Positions 38,207 through 48,871 of a stretch of 64,000 nucleotides of DNA are shown in pieces; the first letter of the stretch is position 1, and every line of letters starts with the position of its first letter. Under the pieces are notes generated by a model. It made no database searches and was not told the origin of the DNA. It worked only from the letters and a program-made list of their open reading frames with translations. The stretch is from Candidatus Saccharimonadia bacterium (GTDB lineage: Bacteria; Patescibacteriota; SICC01): NCBI GenBank assembly GCA_025449535.1, contig JANWJF010000001.1:677136-741135 (forward strand), given 5' to 3'. Position numbers and translations under genes: made by a program.

Positions 38207-39557
38207 CGCTGCGAGTCCGTACCTAGGGACCGTCCCGAAGCCGGCGGATATCGGTGTCGCCCGGAAGGCGCTCGACCAGGGCAGCCTGCAGAGCGTGCCG
38301 GTCGCGATGAAGGACATCATCGTCACGGCGGACGGACGGAAGAGTACGGCCGCTTCCAAGATGCTTGCGCCATACGGAAGCCCTTATGACGCGACGGTAG
38401 TGCGGAAGATGCTCAAGGCCGGCGCGGAAGTCGTAGGCAAGACCAATCTTGACGAGTTCGCGATGGGCGCGTCGACCGAGAACTCAGCCTTGGGCAAGAC
38501 CGTAAACCCGTGGGATCCGGAACGAGTACCCGGCGGCAGTTCGGGAGGGTCGGCGGCCGCGGTGGCCAGCCGCTCGGTTCCGGTTGCGCTCGGGACCGAC
38601 ACCGGCGGCTCGGTCCGCCAACCCGCCGCGTTCTGCGGAGTAGTCGGCCTGAAACCGACCTATGGTCGCGTCTCGCGCTACGGCCTGATCGCCATGGCCA
38701 GCTCGCTGGACCAGGCGGGGACGTTCACGACGACCGTCGCCGACGCCGCCACGGTACTCGGTACGATCGCCGGACCGGACCCGTTGGACGCGACCAGCGT
38801 GGACCGGGAAGTACCGGATTACCGCAAGGCGCTGACCGGGGACGTGAAAGGACTCACCGTTGGCATCCCCAAGGAGTACTTTGAGGTCGAGGGCGGCGTG
38901 CAGCTGGAGATCGGCGAGGCGATCGAACAGGCCAAGGGGGATCTCCGGAAGGCCGGCGCGAAGGTCGTTGACGTCAGCCTGCCGCATACGAAGTACGCCG
39001 TCTCGGTCTATTACCTGGTGATGCCCGCCGAGGCGTCATCCAACCTGGCCCGGTACGACGGCATCCGGTATGGCCATTCAGTGGAACGGGACGCGGACTG
39101 GCAGGGATCGCTTGAGGACGTCTACTTCCAGAGCCGGGCCCAGGGCTTCGGACCGGAGGTGCAGCGGCGGATCATGCTGGGTACGTACGCGTTATCCGCT
39201 GGGTACTACGACGCGTACTACAAGAAGGCGATGCAGGTTCGGACGCTGGTGACGCGGGACTTCGAGCAGGCGTTTGAGAAGGTGGACCTGTTACTTACAC
39301 CGACTACCCCGACGACTGCGTTCAAGTTCGAAGAGAAAGCCGATGATCCGCTGGCGATGTACCTGGCGGATATCTTCACGGTACCCGCGAGCCTGGCCGG
39401 CCTGCCGGCGGTCTCGGTCCCGGCTGGATTCGACAAGCAGAACCTGCCGATCGGGCTGCAGTTGATCGGCAAACACTGGGGAGAGGCAACGGTCCTGCGG
39501 GCCGCTCACGCGTACGAACAGCGTCACGACTGGCACACAAAGGAGCCGCCACGATGA
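38199..39557 (+). CDS. gatA: Asp/Glu-tRNA amidotransferase subunit A (short N-terminus)
   Basis: [45 protein letters not shown]. Confidence 0.96.
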   Translation: MADAASPYLGTVPKPADIGVARKALDQGSLQSVPVAMKDIIVTADGRKSTAASKMLAPYGSPYDATVVRKMLKAGAEVVGKTNLDEFAMGASTENSALGKTVNPWDPERVPGGSSGGSAAAVASRSVPVALGTDTGGSVRQPAAFCGVVGLKPTYGRVSRYGLIAMASSLDQAGTFTTTVADAATVLGTIAGPDPLDATSVDREVPDYRKALTGDVKGLTVGIPKEYFEVEGGVQLEIGEAIEQAKGDLRKAGAKVVDVSLPHTKYAVSVYYLVMPAEASSNLARYDGIRYGHSVERDADWQGSLEDVYFQSRAQGFGPEVQRRIMLGTYALSAGYYDAYYKKAMQVRTLVTRDFEQAFEKVDLLLTPTTPTTAFKFEEKADDPLAMYLADIFTVPASLAGLPAVSVPAGFDKQNLPIGLQLIGKHWGEATVLRAAHAYEQRHDWHTKEPPR

Positions 39558-39976
39558 TGGAGCTGCTGGTTCTCGTCGTAATCCTGACCGTCGTGGTCGG
39601 CGTCGCGCTGGCAGTACGTCAGCATCAGGCGCTGCCGCGGACGTTGTCCGCCGACGACAAGGGGTTCGCCCACGTGCGCTGGCACGAGATCCAACAGCAA
39701 CTGCAGAAGGGCGGGCCGGCACACCTCCGGCAGGCGGTGATCTCCGCGGACAACCTGATCGACCATTGCCTGAAGGCCCTCGGCGTTCCCGGCGAGACGA
39801 TGGGCGAACGGTTGAAGGCTTCCGGGGGACGCTTCTCCGACCTGGACGGCCTCTGGTCAGCGCACAAGACCCGCAACCAGATCGTCCACGAGGCGGACAA
39901 GGAACTACTGAGCTTCGAGGCGAAGTCGGCGCTCGACAAGTTCGAGCGGGCGCTCAAGGACCTGGGGGCGCTGTGA
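39554..39976 (+). CDS. hypothetical membrane-anchored protein
   Basis: N-terminal TM; [10 protein letters not shown]...GETMGERLK...[13 protein letters not shown]. Confidence 0.75.
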   Translation: MMELLVLVVILTVVVGVALAVRQHQALPRTLSADDKGFAHVRWHEIQQQLQKGGPAHLRQAVISADNLIDHCLKALGVPGETMGERLKASGGRFSDLDGLWSAHKTRNQIVHEADKELLSFEAKSALDKFERALKDLGAL

Positions 39977-41469
39977 GCGGCGCATCGAGGTACGAAGCCG
40001 TCATCGGTCTGGAGATCCACGTCCAGCTGCGGACGAAGTCCAAGATGTTTTGCCGGTGCGACAACCAGGCGGACGGCGCCAAGCCGAACGAGCTGACCTG
40101 TCCGGTCTGTCTCGGCCTGCCGGGCGCCTTGCCGGTCCCGAACCGGACGGCGGTGGAATGGGCGATCAAGGCGGCGTTAGCGCTCGGTTGCGCGATCCCG
40201 GACGAGTCGAAGTTCGACCGCAAGCAGTACTTCTATCCGGATCTCCCGAAGGGCTACCAGATTTCGCAGTACGACCAACCGTTCGGTGGGCCGGGGACGT
40301 TCGAATTCGACATGGTCGAGGACGGGAAGACCGTCACCAAGCAGATCGGCATCACCCGGCTGCACTTAGAAGAGGACGCCGGCAAGCTGACGCACCCCAA
40401 GGGCGCGGACTACTCGCTAGTCGACCTGAACCGGGCCGGCACGCCGCTGGCGGAGATCGTCACCGAGCCGGACCTGCGCAGTCCGGCCGAAGCGAAGCGG
40501 TTCCTGCAAGAGCTGCGGCGGCTGATGCGGTACCTCGGCATATCGGACGCGGACATGGAAAAGGGGCACCTTCGTGCGGACGCCAACATCTCGCTCCGGA
40601 AGCCTGGCGAGAAGAAGCTCGGCACCAAGACCGAACTGAAGAACCTCAACAGCTTCCGGTTCGTGGAGCGGGGCTTGGCGGCCGAGATCGAACGACAGAC
40701 GGAACTGCTCGATGCGGGCAAGTCAGTGGACCAGGAGACGCGCGGGTTCGACGAGGACGGCAACCGGACGGTCAGCCAACGTGGCAAGGAAGAAGCGCAC
40801 GATTACCGCTACTTCCCCGAGCCGGATATCCCGCCGCTGGAGCCGAAGGCGCTCGGAATTAAAAAGCTTGTCAAAGGGCTGCCAGAACTGCCCGTGGAAG
40901 TTAAGAGGCGGTTTATTACGGAGTATGGACTTCAACCAGATCAAGCTGAGCTTCTCACTGATTCTCTAGATGATGTGGAGTATTTTGAAGCAAGTTTGAA
41001 AGCTGCCATGTCTGGAAAAAATAAAATTAATGATCGAACAAAAGCGGCACAGAATATTTCCAAAATAGCTTATGGGATTGGCAGGCAAATCATGACAAAG
41101 AAAATGCTTAACAGTTTCATGGAATTGGATTGGCCAGGTTCTTATCCTTCTGTGACAGGAGTAGGTGCGCGATATCTGGCTTCTGGTGAATACACAATGT
41201 CGACCTTGAACCCTGTAATGGAAAGAATTTGGGAAGAAGATCTAGATCCCGAAAAAACTTTGGAGAAAGAAAAACCTCAAAAACTTGGACAATCCGATCT
41301 AGACAAGATCATCGACCAAGCCATCGCTGACAACCCCAAGCCAGCTGCCGACTTCAAGGCCGGTAACGAGAACGCCAAGCAAGTGATCGTCGGCGCGGTG
41401 ATGAAGGCGACCAAGGGAGCGGCCAACGCTCGTGAGGTTGCACAACTCGTCGAGAAAAAGTTGTCATAA
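39973..41469 (+). CDS. gatB: Asp/Glu-tRNA amidotransferase subunit B
   Basis: VIGLEIHVQL, YFYPDLPKGYQISQ, HLEEDAGK, YRYFPEPD. Confidence 0.97.
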   Translation: MSGASRYEAVIGLEIHVQLRTKSKMFCRCDNQADGAKPNELTCPVCLGLPGALPVPNRTAVEWAIKAALALGCAIPDESKFDRKQYFYPDLPKGYQISQYDQPFGGPGTFEFDMVEDGKTVTKQIGITRLHLEEDAGKLTHPKGADYSLVDLNRAGTPLAEIVTEPDLRSPAEAKRFLQELRRLMRYLGISDADMEKGHLRADANISLRKPGEKKLGTKTELKNLNSFRFVERGLAAEIERQTELLDAGKSVDQETRGFDEDGNRTVSQRGKEEAHDYRYFPEPDIPPLEPKALGIKKLVKGLPELPVEVKRRFITEYGLQPDQAELLTDSLDDVEYFEASLKAAMSGKNKINDRTKAAQNISKIAYGIGRQIMTKKMLNSFMELDWPGSYPSVTGVGARYLASGEYTMSTLNPVMERIWEEDLDPEKTLEKEKPQKLGQSDLDKIIDQAIADNPKPAADFKAGNENAKQVIVGAVMKATKGAANAREVAQLVEKKLS

Positions 41470-41568
41470 CGTTTAGTTGACAACGTCCTCGCCTGCTGTG
41501 AGAGAATGGGGGTGATGCCGTCTTGGTACGGTATATGTCGTAGCAACTAATTTAGGGAGGGCAACACT

Positions 41569-41748
41569 ATGTTGATCAACCTTCTGGGTGACGCGGGCGA
41601 CGAAGCTGCTGCGAACCCGACCCCTGGCGCCGACGAGAACGACGGCGCCGAAGGCGGCGAGGGCGCAGAAGCCCCCGCCACGGAGGAGACTCCGGCCGAA
41701 GGCGGCGACTCTGACGAGTCCGGCGACGGCGAGACTCCGGCCGCGTAG
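41569..41748 (+). CDS. 59-aa very acidic low-complexity peptide
   Basis: SD GGGAGG; MLINLLGDAGDEAAANPTPGADENDGAEGGEG...; terminator GAAAAGCCCCG-TTCG-CGGGGCTTTTC follows. Confidence 0.65.
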   Translation: MLINLLGDAGDEAAANPTPGADENDGAEGGEGAEAPATEETPAEGGDSDESGDGETPAA

Positions 41749-41846
41749 TTCCGGCTACGTGCCTCGAAAAGCCCCGTTCGCGGGGCTTTTCCTTTTTGTA
41801 GGATCGCACTTGTGCGGCGCCGCGAAACCGCTACGCTAGTAACCAT

Positions 41847-42143
41847 ATGACCGAAGTGCCCAGCGCCATCCTCTGGATCGCCTCGATCGGACTGATCACG
41901 ATGACCGTCCTGATGTGCTTGATGCTGCTGGCGATCACTGTCCTGATCCGCCGGGTGCGGAAGCTGGTAGACAAGCTGTACGAGGTAGCGGAGCCGCTCA
42001 AGGGCGCGGCCGAGCGAGCCGGCGACACCGTCAACGCTTACAGTAGCAACCTGCTGCGGCCGCTGGCGACGGTGGTCGGCGCGCTGGCGGGGTTCAACAA
42101 GGGCGTGAAGTCCGTAAGCCGTAAAGCCAAAGGGAGGAAGTAA
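41847..42143 (+). CDS. small membrane protein (DUF948-like)
   Basis: TM helix then amphipathic helix; sits near a YtxH gene. Confidence 0.6.
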   Translation: MTEVPSAILWIASIGLITMTVLMCLMLLAITVLIRRVRKLVDKLYEVAEPLKGAAERAGDTVNAYSSNLLRPLATVVGALAGFNKGVKSVSRKAKGRK

Positions 42144-42145
42144 CC

Positions 42146-42541
42146 ATGGTCAGGACCGAATCACGGACGGAAGTCGAAGAGACGCGTGAAACTAATGCGA
42201 CTAACGCGACCGCCGAGCGGTCCGACGATCGGCGGGTCCGCAAGGTCGAGGACATCATTTGGTTCATTATCGCGGTGATCATCGCCGTGATCCTGATCCG
42301 TTTCGTCCTGCTGCTGTTCGGCGCTCGTACCGGCGTGCCGTTCGTCGACTTCTGGTACGGCATGACTGCGCCGCTGATCGCCCCGTTCGCGGGTATCTTC
42401 GGCAGCCTCGACACCTACAACGATTACACCGGACAGCGCATCGAGCTCGAGGCCCTGGTCGCGATGCTGATCTACGGGGTGCTCGGATACCTGGTGGTCT
42501 GGGCCACCCGGCTGCTGCGCCACGAACCCAAGTCGGAATAA
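42146..42541 (+). CDS. YggT-like membrane protein
   Basis: IRFVLLLFGA...FVDFWYGMTAPLIAPFAGIF. Confidence 0.75.
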   Translation: MVRTESRTEVEETRETNATNATAERSDDRRVRKVEDIIWFIIAVIIAVILIRFVLLLFGARTGVPFVDFWYGMTAPLIAPFAGIFGSLDTYNDYTGQRIELEALVAMLIYGVLGYLVVWATRLLRHEPKSE

Positions 42542-42557
42542 GCAAGGAGGATTTGAT

Positions 42558-42938
42558 ATGGCCAAACGAGGTAAGTTCGTAAAAGGTACGTTCCTGGGAG
42601 CGCTCGTCGGAGCGGTCGCCGGATTGTTGCTGGCGCCGAAGTCCGGCAAGGAGACCCGTCGGGACATCGAGCGGAAGACCAAGGAAGTCAGCGACGAGGC
42701 CGGCAAGCAGGTGAAGGGCGCCGAACGGCGCGCCCGCCGCGAGGTCAAGCGCGCCAAGCGCACGGCGACCAAGACGGTTCGGCAGGCCAAGCGCACGGCA
42801 GACAAGACCGTCCGGCAAGCGAAGCGGACCGGGCGCCGGGCCAAACGCTCCGCGGACCGGGCGACTCGCGAGGTCAAGCGGACGGCCAAGTCGACGACCC
42901 GCCAAGCCCGGGGTACCCGTCCGCGACGGAGCAAGTAA
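42558..42938 (+). CDS. YtxH-domain protein with basic 11-aa repeats
   Basis: GALVGAVAGLLLAPKSGKETRRDI. Confidence 0.85.
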   Translation: MAKRGKFVKGTFLGALVGAVAGLLLAPKSGKETRRDIERKTKEVSDEAGKQVKGAERRARREVKRAKRTATKTVRQAKRTADKTVRQAKRTGRRAKRSADRATREVKRTAKSTTRQARGTRPRRSK

Positions 42939-43225
42939 TGGCGAAGCGGAAGCCTTCCCGCGATTCGGCCACCGCAATCGAACAGTTCGCCTTGGCGCTG
43001 GAACGTGGCCGGTTCATCGATTACATCCAGCAGCTCCAGAGCACCCGGACGCTCCTCTGGAAGAACTTCCTGACCGGGCTGGCCCGTGGGTTCGGCGCGA
43101 TCGTCGGGGCGACCGTGGTCGTGGCCATCGTGGTGACGATCCTCGGACTGCTGGGCGACAACCTGCCCGGCGAATTCGGCGACTTCTTCACGAACACCAG
43201 CAAGCAGATCCAACCGTCGCCGTAG
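42938..43225 (+). CDS. DUF5665-like membrane protein
   Basis: NFLTGLARGFGAIVGATVVVA. Confidence 0.7.
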   Translation: MAKRKPSRDSATAIEQFALALERGRFIDYIQQLQSTRTLLWKNFLTGLARGFGAIVGATVVVAIVVTILGLLGDNLPGEFGDFFTNTSKQIQPSP

Positions 43226-43258
43226 CTAGCCGCCAGCGACTACCTGTAAGCTAGACCC

Positions 43259-43867
43259 ATGGCGACCATCGATTGGACCTCCGTCGAGGAGGCGGAGAAG
43301 GAGAACACGGCCAGCTCGTACAAGCTGGCGCTGCTTGAGGCGGCCAAATTGTTCGAAGGCCGGATGTCCGACGAGCGCATCCCGGGCCGTACCCCGGCCG
43401 AACGTTTGGAGGCGGTGAAGTTGCACCTGACGCGTCCGGCGGACGTGACCAAGGCGTACGCGTTCGTCGAGCGACTGCGACACGGCAGCACCGGCGCGCT
43501 CACGAAGGCGCGGGCCAAGGATTACGTGCAGGCGTTTCGGCAAGGCGTCGCAGACCTGAACGACCTGACCCGTCAGCGCGATTCGTTCGGCGCCCAGGCG
43601 AAGCTCTACTGGGGGCTGGTCCGGGCCCGGCAGCGCTGGTTGATCCGCGCCCTGGTCGGCTTGGGCGGGTTCTTCCTGCTCGTCCTGTTCCTGGACGGCA
43701 CGGGAATCGGCCGGGGAATCGTGGACGGGATCGTCAGCCTGGTGCACGGCTTCTTCAGCTGGATCGCGGTGCTGCTCGCGGCCTTGGCGGCCGTCCTGTT
43801 GGCTGTGATCGGCACGGCGGTCTACCTCGACCGGCGCGGCGGGACGGTCCGGGGTGAGGATGAGTGA
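43259..43867 (+). CDS. hypothetical membrane protein
   Basis: 202 aa with two C-terminal TM segments. Confidence 0.7.
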   Translation: MATIDWTSVEEAEKENTASSYKLALLEAAKLFEGRMSDERIPGRTPAERLEAVKLHLTRPADVTKAYAFVERLRHGSTGALTKARAKDYVQAFRQGVADLNDLTRQRDSFGAQAKLYWGLVRARQRWLIRALVGLGGFFLLVLFLDGTGIGRGIVDGIVSLVHGFFSWIAVLLAALAAVLLAVIGTAVYLDRRGGTVRGEDE

Positions 43868-44318
43868 CGGACCGGCGGTCGTGGCGGCCGACGTCCTGCT
43901 GCTCAAGGATGGGAAAGTCCTGCTTAACTTGCGCGATAACACCTGGGGTGCGGGATATTATGGGGTCCCAGGAGGCCACGTTGAGTCGGGGGAAGACTTC
44001 GAGACCGCCGCGATCCGCGAGATGTCCGAAGAACTCGGGATCACCATACAGAGGCCGGATCTCCGGTTGGTGCATGTCATGTATCGACCCGGGAGCGACC
44101 GGGACAAGGAACGGGTCAATCTAAAGTTCGTCTGCGAACGGTGGAGCGGCGAACCTCGCAACGTCGAACCCGACAAGTCAAAGCACATACTTTGGGTCGA
44201 TCCCCAGGATCTGCCGGAAAACACGTTGCCGCATGAGCGGCAGTTCCTGCAATGCTATCGCGACGGCATCCTGACCTCGAAGTTCACCGGGTACATGTCC
44301 GGTTCCCTGGAACTGTAG
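43860..44318 (+). CDS. NUDIX hydrolase
   Basis: PGGHVESGEDFETAAIREMSEELG. Confidence 0.9.
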   Translation: MSDGPAVVAADVLLLKDGKVLLNLRDNTWGAGYYGVPGGHVESGEDFETAAIREMSEELGITIQRPDLRLVHVMYRPGSDRDKERVNLKFVCERWSGEPRNVEPDKSKHILWVDPQDLPENTLPHERQFLQCYRDGILTSKFTGYMSGSLEL

Positions 44319-44379
44319 CTCCGTGCCGCTCCAGCAACCAAGCTCCGGGACCTGCCCGGACTCGGTAAGATGAATGGGT

Positions 44380-47300
44380 ATGCCAAAGCCCAAGTTCGTC
44401 CATCTTCACGTCCACTCCCACTACAGCCTGCTGGACGGGCTCAGCAAGCTGCCCGACCTTTCCGCGACGGTGAAGAAGCAGGGCATGGACGCGTTGGCGC
44501 TCACCGACCACGGCGTGCTGTATGGGGCGGTCGAGTTCTACCAAGCGGCCACCAAGGCCGGAATCAAGCCGATCATCGGCTGCGAGGTCTACGTCGCGCG
44601 CCGCGGCCGCAAGGACAAGGATCCGCAGGCCGACGTAAATCCGTACCACCTGATCCTCCTGGCGCAGAACAAGACCGGATACAAGAACCTGCTCAAGCTG
44701 GTGACCGCGGCGCACCTGGAAGGCTTCTACTACAAGCCGCGGATAGACTGGGACCTGTTGCAGGAGCATCACGAAGGACTGATCTGCACCTCGGCCTGCC
44801 TGCAGGGCGAGGTCGCGAACCGCTTGCGCGACAGCGGGGAGGCGGAGGCCAAGAAGGTCGTCGACAAGTTCGCGAAGCTGTTCGGCGACCGCTACTACCT
44901 GGAGCTCCAGCATCATCCGAACATCCCCGAGCAGGGAGAACTCAACGCCGCTCTGGTGCGGATTGCCAAGGAGAAGGGCCTGCCGCTGATCGGCACCAAC
45001 GACGCGCACTACGTCCGGCCCGACGACTCCGAGGCCCAGGACGTCTTGGTCTGCATCCAGACCGGCAAGCAGCTCGACGACACCGACCGGCTCAACATGA
45101 CCAACGAGGACTTCTCGTTACAGACGCCCCAGCAGATGGCGCAGCACTTCGCGGACACGCCGGAAGCCGTCAGTAACACCGCCGCCATCGCCGGCCGCTG
45201 CGACCTGGAGCTCGACCTCGGCAAGATCATCCTCCCGAAGTTCGAGGTGCCGGAGGGCGAGACCGAACGGAGCCTGCTCCGGAAGCAGGTCGCGAAGGGC
45301 GTCGAGACGCGGTACGGTGCATCCCCGGGCAATGAGGTCACCGAACGGATCGAATACGAGCTTGGGGTCATCGAGAAGATGGGCTTCGAGAGCTACTTCC
45401 TGATCGTCGGGGACCTGGTCCGCGAGGCGAAGAGCCGTGGGATCTGGGTCGGACCGGGACGCGGCAGCGCGGCCGGCAGCCTGGTCTCGTACGTGCTCGA
45501 CATCACCACGCTGGACCCGCTGGAGTACGACCTGCTCTTCGAGCGATTCCTAAACCCCGATCGAATCTCGATGCCGGATATCGACATGGACTTCGCGGAC
45601 GATCGTCGACAGGAAGTGATCGACTACACGGCCGAGAAGTACGGCAAGGACCGGGTGGCCCAGATCATCACCTTCGGTACGATGGCCGCTCGGGCGGCGG
45701 TGCGCGACACCGGCCGGGTGATGGGCCTGACGTACGGCGAGGTCGACCAGGTCGCCAAGCTGATCCCGTTCGGCATGGACCTCAAGGAGGCCCGTAAGCA
45801 GCCTGAGCTCAAGGAACTGGCCTCGCAAAGCCAATCGGTGGACCGGTTGCTGGACCTCGCGTCCCGGATCGAGGGGTCCGTCCGGCATGCCTCGACCCAC
45901 GCTGCCGGCGTGGTGATCGGCGACCGGCCGTTGGTCGACCACGTGCCGCTCCAGCACGGCACCCGTGGCGACGACCAGACGATCGTCACCCAATACTCGA
46001 TGTACCCGATTGAGGACATCGGGCTGCTGAAGATGGACTTCCTCGGACTTTCCAATCTGACGATCCTCCGGAACGCGACGGAAATCATCGAGGCCGTGCA
46101 CGGTGACAAGATCGATGTCGAGAAGATTCCGCTCGACGACGCGAAGACGTTCGAACTGCTCTGCGAAGGCCGGACTTACGGCATCTTCCAACTGGAGTCC
46201 GAGGGTATGCGCCGCTACATTAAGGAGCTGCGGCCGACCCAGTTCGAGGATATCGTGGCGATGGTCTCGCTGTACCGGCCGGGCCCGATGCAGTGGATCG
46301 ACTCCTTCATCAAGCGGAAGCACGGCCGCGAGCGGGTGACCTACGTCCATCCCAAGGTCGAGAACGCGCTCAAGGAAACGTACGGCGTGATCGTCTATCA
46401 GGAGCAGGTGATGCAGATATCGAAGGACCTGGCCGGGTTCACGGGCGGGGAGGCGGACACGCTCCGCAAGGCCGTCGGTAAGAAGATCGCCTCGCTGTTG
46501 GCGGAGCAGAAAGAGAAGTTCGTCAGCGGCGCGGTAGAGAACGGTGGGATGGAACGCGGTCAAGCCACCCAGCTCTTCGGGCAGCTCGAGGATTTCGCGC
46601 GGTACGCGTTCAACAAGTCGCACGCTGCCTGTTACGCCCTGATCGCGTACCAGACGGCGTACCTCAAGGCGCGTTACCCGAGCGCGTTCATGGCCGCCCT
46701 GATGACTAGCGAACAGGAGGACCTGGATAAGCTCTCCGCGGCGATCACCGATGCGGAATCGATCGGCATCAAGGTGCTGCCGCCGGACGTCAACGAGTCG
46801 TTCCAGGACTTCGCGGTGGCGTCGGACAAGAAGAGCATTCGGTTCGGCCTTAATGCGATCAAGAACCTCGGCAAGAACACCGCGGCGGCGATCGTCGCTA
46901 GCCGGAAGGCGGACGGTCCGTTCAAGGGCCTTAACGACTTCCTGTCCCGGCTCCCGGACGGGACCGCCAACAAGAAGTCGTTGGAGGCGCTGATCAAGGC
47001 GGGCGCCTTGGACGGCCTGGCGAAACGCGGCCAGCTGCTGGCCGGCCTGGAGGCGATGGCCCGGTACGCCGCCGCCCGTGCCGCGGAGAACCGCAGCGGC
47101 CAATCCAGCCTGTTCGGGGACGCGCCGGATTCCGGTACCGGGTTCACGCTGCCGTCCGGCGGGGAAGTGGACCAACGACAGAAGCTCGAGTGGGAACGGG
47201 AGTTGCTCGGCATGTACGTTTCCGAGCACCCGCTCAGCTCGTACGGCGACGTGGTGAAGCGGTTCGCGGCGATCAGCGTCATCGCCAACCTGCCGGACAA

Positions 47301-47937
47301 GCGGCCGGTGGAGATCGCCTGCCTGGTCTCGATCGCCAAACGGATAAACACCAAGAAGGGCGACCCGATGGCGTTCGTGACGGTCGAGGACCGGAACCGG
47401 AAGATAGAGGTGATCGTCTTCCCGAAGCTGTACCTCGATGTCCGGGATCGCCTGCACCCCGGCACCGCCCTGAAGATCAGCGGCAAGATCTCGCGCAAGG
47501 ACGACGAGCCGAAGATCCTGGCGGACAAGGTCGAACCGTTGGACGAGGAGGCCCGCCCGGAACGGCCGGCGAACCTGGAGCCGGCCGCGGATATCGGGAT
47601 AGACAACCTCGACGCGATGGTCGCCGGCGGCACGCCGACCGCCCCGCACCAAGGCCCGGTCACCGACGCCGAGACCGCCGAGACGTCGGCAGGCGAGGAC
47701 GCGACGATCACCTACGAGTCGCTGACCGTCCGTCTCGGTCCCAACACGACGTTGGCCGTACTGGAGCAGGTGAAGGGCGTGCTCTCCGAACACCGCGGGG
47801 AATCCCCGGTGTACCTGATCCTGACACACGGTGAATCCGAAAAGAAGCTCAAGCTGGCCCACGGCGTGCGGTACTCCAAGGGCCTGATCGATGACCTTGA
47901 GGTGGTCGACTGGAACGTCTCGGTCGAAGCGCGGTAA
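44380..47937 (+). CDS. dnaE: DNA polymerase III alpha subunit
   Basis: FVHLHVHSHYSLLDG PHP, GPGRGSAAGS, MPDIDMDF, FNKSHA. Confidence 0.98.
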   Translation: MPKPKFVHLHVHSHYSLLDGLSKLPDLSATVKKQGMDALALTDHGVLYGAVEFYQAATKAGIKPIIGCEVYVARRGRKDKDPQADVNPYHLILLAQNKTGYKNLLKLVTAAHLEGFYYKPRIDWDLLQEHHEGLICTSACLQGEVANRLRDSGEAEAKKVVDKFAKLFGDRYYLELQHHPNIPEQGELNAALVRIAKEKGLPLIGTNDAHYVRPDDSEAQDVLVCIQTGKQLDDTDRLNMTNEDFSLQTPQQMAQHFADTPEAVSNTAAIAGRCDLELDLGKIILPKFEVPEGETERSLLRKQVAKGVETRYGASPGNEVTERIEYELGVIEKMGFESYFLIVGDLVREAKSRGIWVGPGRGSAAGSLVSYVLDITTLDPLEYDLLFERFLNPDRISMPDIDMDFADDRRQEVIDYTAEKYGKDRVAQIITFGTMAARAAVRDTGRVMGLTYGEVDQVAKLIPFGMDLKEARKQPELKELASQSQSVDRLLDLASRIEGSVRHASTHAAGVVIGDRPLVDHVPLQHGTRGDDQTIVTQYSMYPIEDIGLLKMDFLGLSNLTILRNATEIIEAVHGDKIDVEKIPLDDAKTFELLCEGRTYGIFQLESEGMRRYIKELRPTQFEDIVAMVSLYRPGPMQWIDSFIKRKHGRERVTYVHPKVENALKETYGVIVYQEQVMQISKDLAGFTGGEADTLRKAVGKKIASLLAEQKEKFVSGAVENGGMERGQATQLFGQLEDFARYAFNKSHAACYALIAYQTAYLKARYPSAFMAALMTSEQEDLDKLSAAITDAESIGIKVLPPDVNESFQDFAVASDKKSIRFGLNAIKNLGKNTAAAIVASRKADGPFKGLNDFLSRLPDGTANKKSLEALIKAGALDGLAKRGQLLAGLEAMARYAAARAAENRSGQSSLFGDAPDSGTGFTLPSGGEVDQRQKLEWERELLGMYVSEHPLSSYGDVVKRFAAISVIANLPDKRPVEIACLVSIAKRINTKKGDPMAFVTVEDRNRKIEVIVFPKLYLDVRDRLHPGTALKISGKISRKDDEPKILADKVEPLDEEARPERPANLEPAADIGIDNLDAMVAGGTPTAPHQGPVTDAETAETSAGEDATITYESLTVRLGPNTTLAVLEQVKGVLSEHRGESPVYLILTHGESEKKLKLAHGVRYSKGLIDDLEVVDWNVSVEAR

Positions 47938-47965
47938 CTTTTCGTATTTGTTATGATATTCGGTC

Positions 47966-48814
47966 ATGGAAAGTGAAACCCTACAATCTGACTCAGCGGT
48001 CGTTGTTGATGGCGCACGCGATGGCCTGGCCCGGCAAGTCTGGGAAACCGCTCGGAGTGCCTGGGCCGAGTCTCCGAAGGGGGGAAAGGACGAAGCTCTG
48101 GAGTCGGCACTGCGCACCTGTGCCGAAGCTTATCCGGAATTGCTTCCGGGGGTATTCCAGCGTGGCATCGACTCGTCCCGGCCGGCTCCGGAACAACGGG
48201 CATTCGCTGGACAGCTCGTACGGCTGGCAGAGCACGATCCTGGTCAGGCTGCGGACATTTATCGTGAACTGGTAAAGCGGACCGATCGCAAGCCGGGCGT
48301 CGTGACCGCCGCGCTCGGCGCAGTCGAGATGATGCGTGAACGCGACCCGGATACGTTCGCATTGCTGATCGCCGAGACCAAGGTCGTGCTTGGCGTCGAG
48401 AGTGCCGAGTGGAAGAAAGCGCGGTCGCTTCTCTTCGACGGATCGCATTCCGGCTATGCCGCGCACAACGTCATCGAACCGGCGTTGCGCAGCGAGAACG
48501 AGGTAGTCCGACGCATGACGGCCCGGCATCTATTGCCTGAGTTGACGACCAAGGCCCAGTACGGTCGGGAGATTCTAGACATGATCGAAGATCGGCTGGG
48601 ACAGGACGACGATTCATTGACAGTCCGGGCTTGCGTTGCCCACCTTCCGGAAGTGTATGACCGTCGGCCGGGACAAGCACGTCGAATCGCCGAATCGGCC
48701 TATGGCCACTCGATCGCCGTGCGGGAAACTGTGGTTAGGGCGATGACCGAGGCCGGGATGGCTGACAAGCTGCCGATCGGGCAAGGATTTTCTGAGGATT
48801 TACGTCTCGTCTGA
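47966..48814 (+). CDS. alpha-helical (HEAT-like) hypothetical protein, tandem paralogue 1
   Basis: Shares EQRAFA, LAEHDP, VVTAAL, EWK.ARSLLF.GSHSG, RRPGQARRI, GMADKLP with next ORF. Confidence 0.75.
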   Translation: MESETLQSDSAVVVDGARDGLARQVWETARSAWAESPKGGKDEALESALRTCAEAYPELLPGVFQRGIDSSRPAPEQRAFAGQLVRLAEHDPGQAADIYRELVKRTDRKPGVVTAALGAVEMMRERDPDTFALLIAETKVVLGVESAEWKKARSLLFDGSHSGYAAHNVIEPALRSENEVVRRMTARHLLPELTTKAQYGREILDMIEDRLGQDDDSLTVRACVAHLPEVYDRRPGQARRIAESAYGHSIAVRETVVRAMTEAGMADKLPIGQGFSEDLRLV

Positions 48815-48871
48815 GCGCTTCGCCGTCTACTATCTTCTTCAGGTAGAAGTCTTCTTGTATAATGCCCGGTC

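Noticed and set aside
45550-48117. Very long antisense ORFs (also 54340-55992, 23862-25418, 58669-60009)
   Set aside because: Shadow frames of high-GC3 genes (dnaE, clpC, uvrA, tgt/ppa) with no recognisable motifs.
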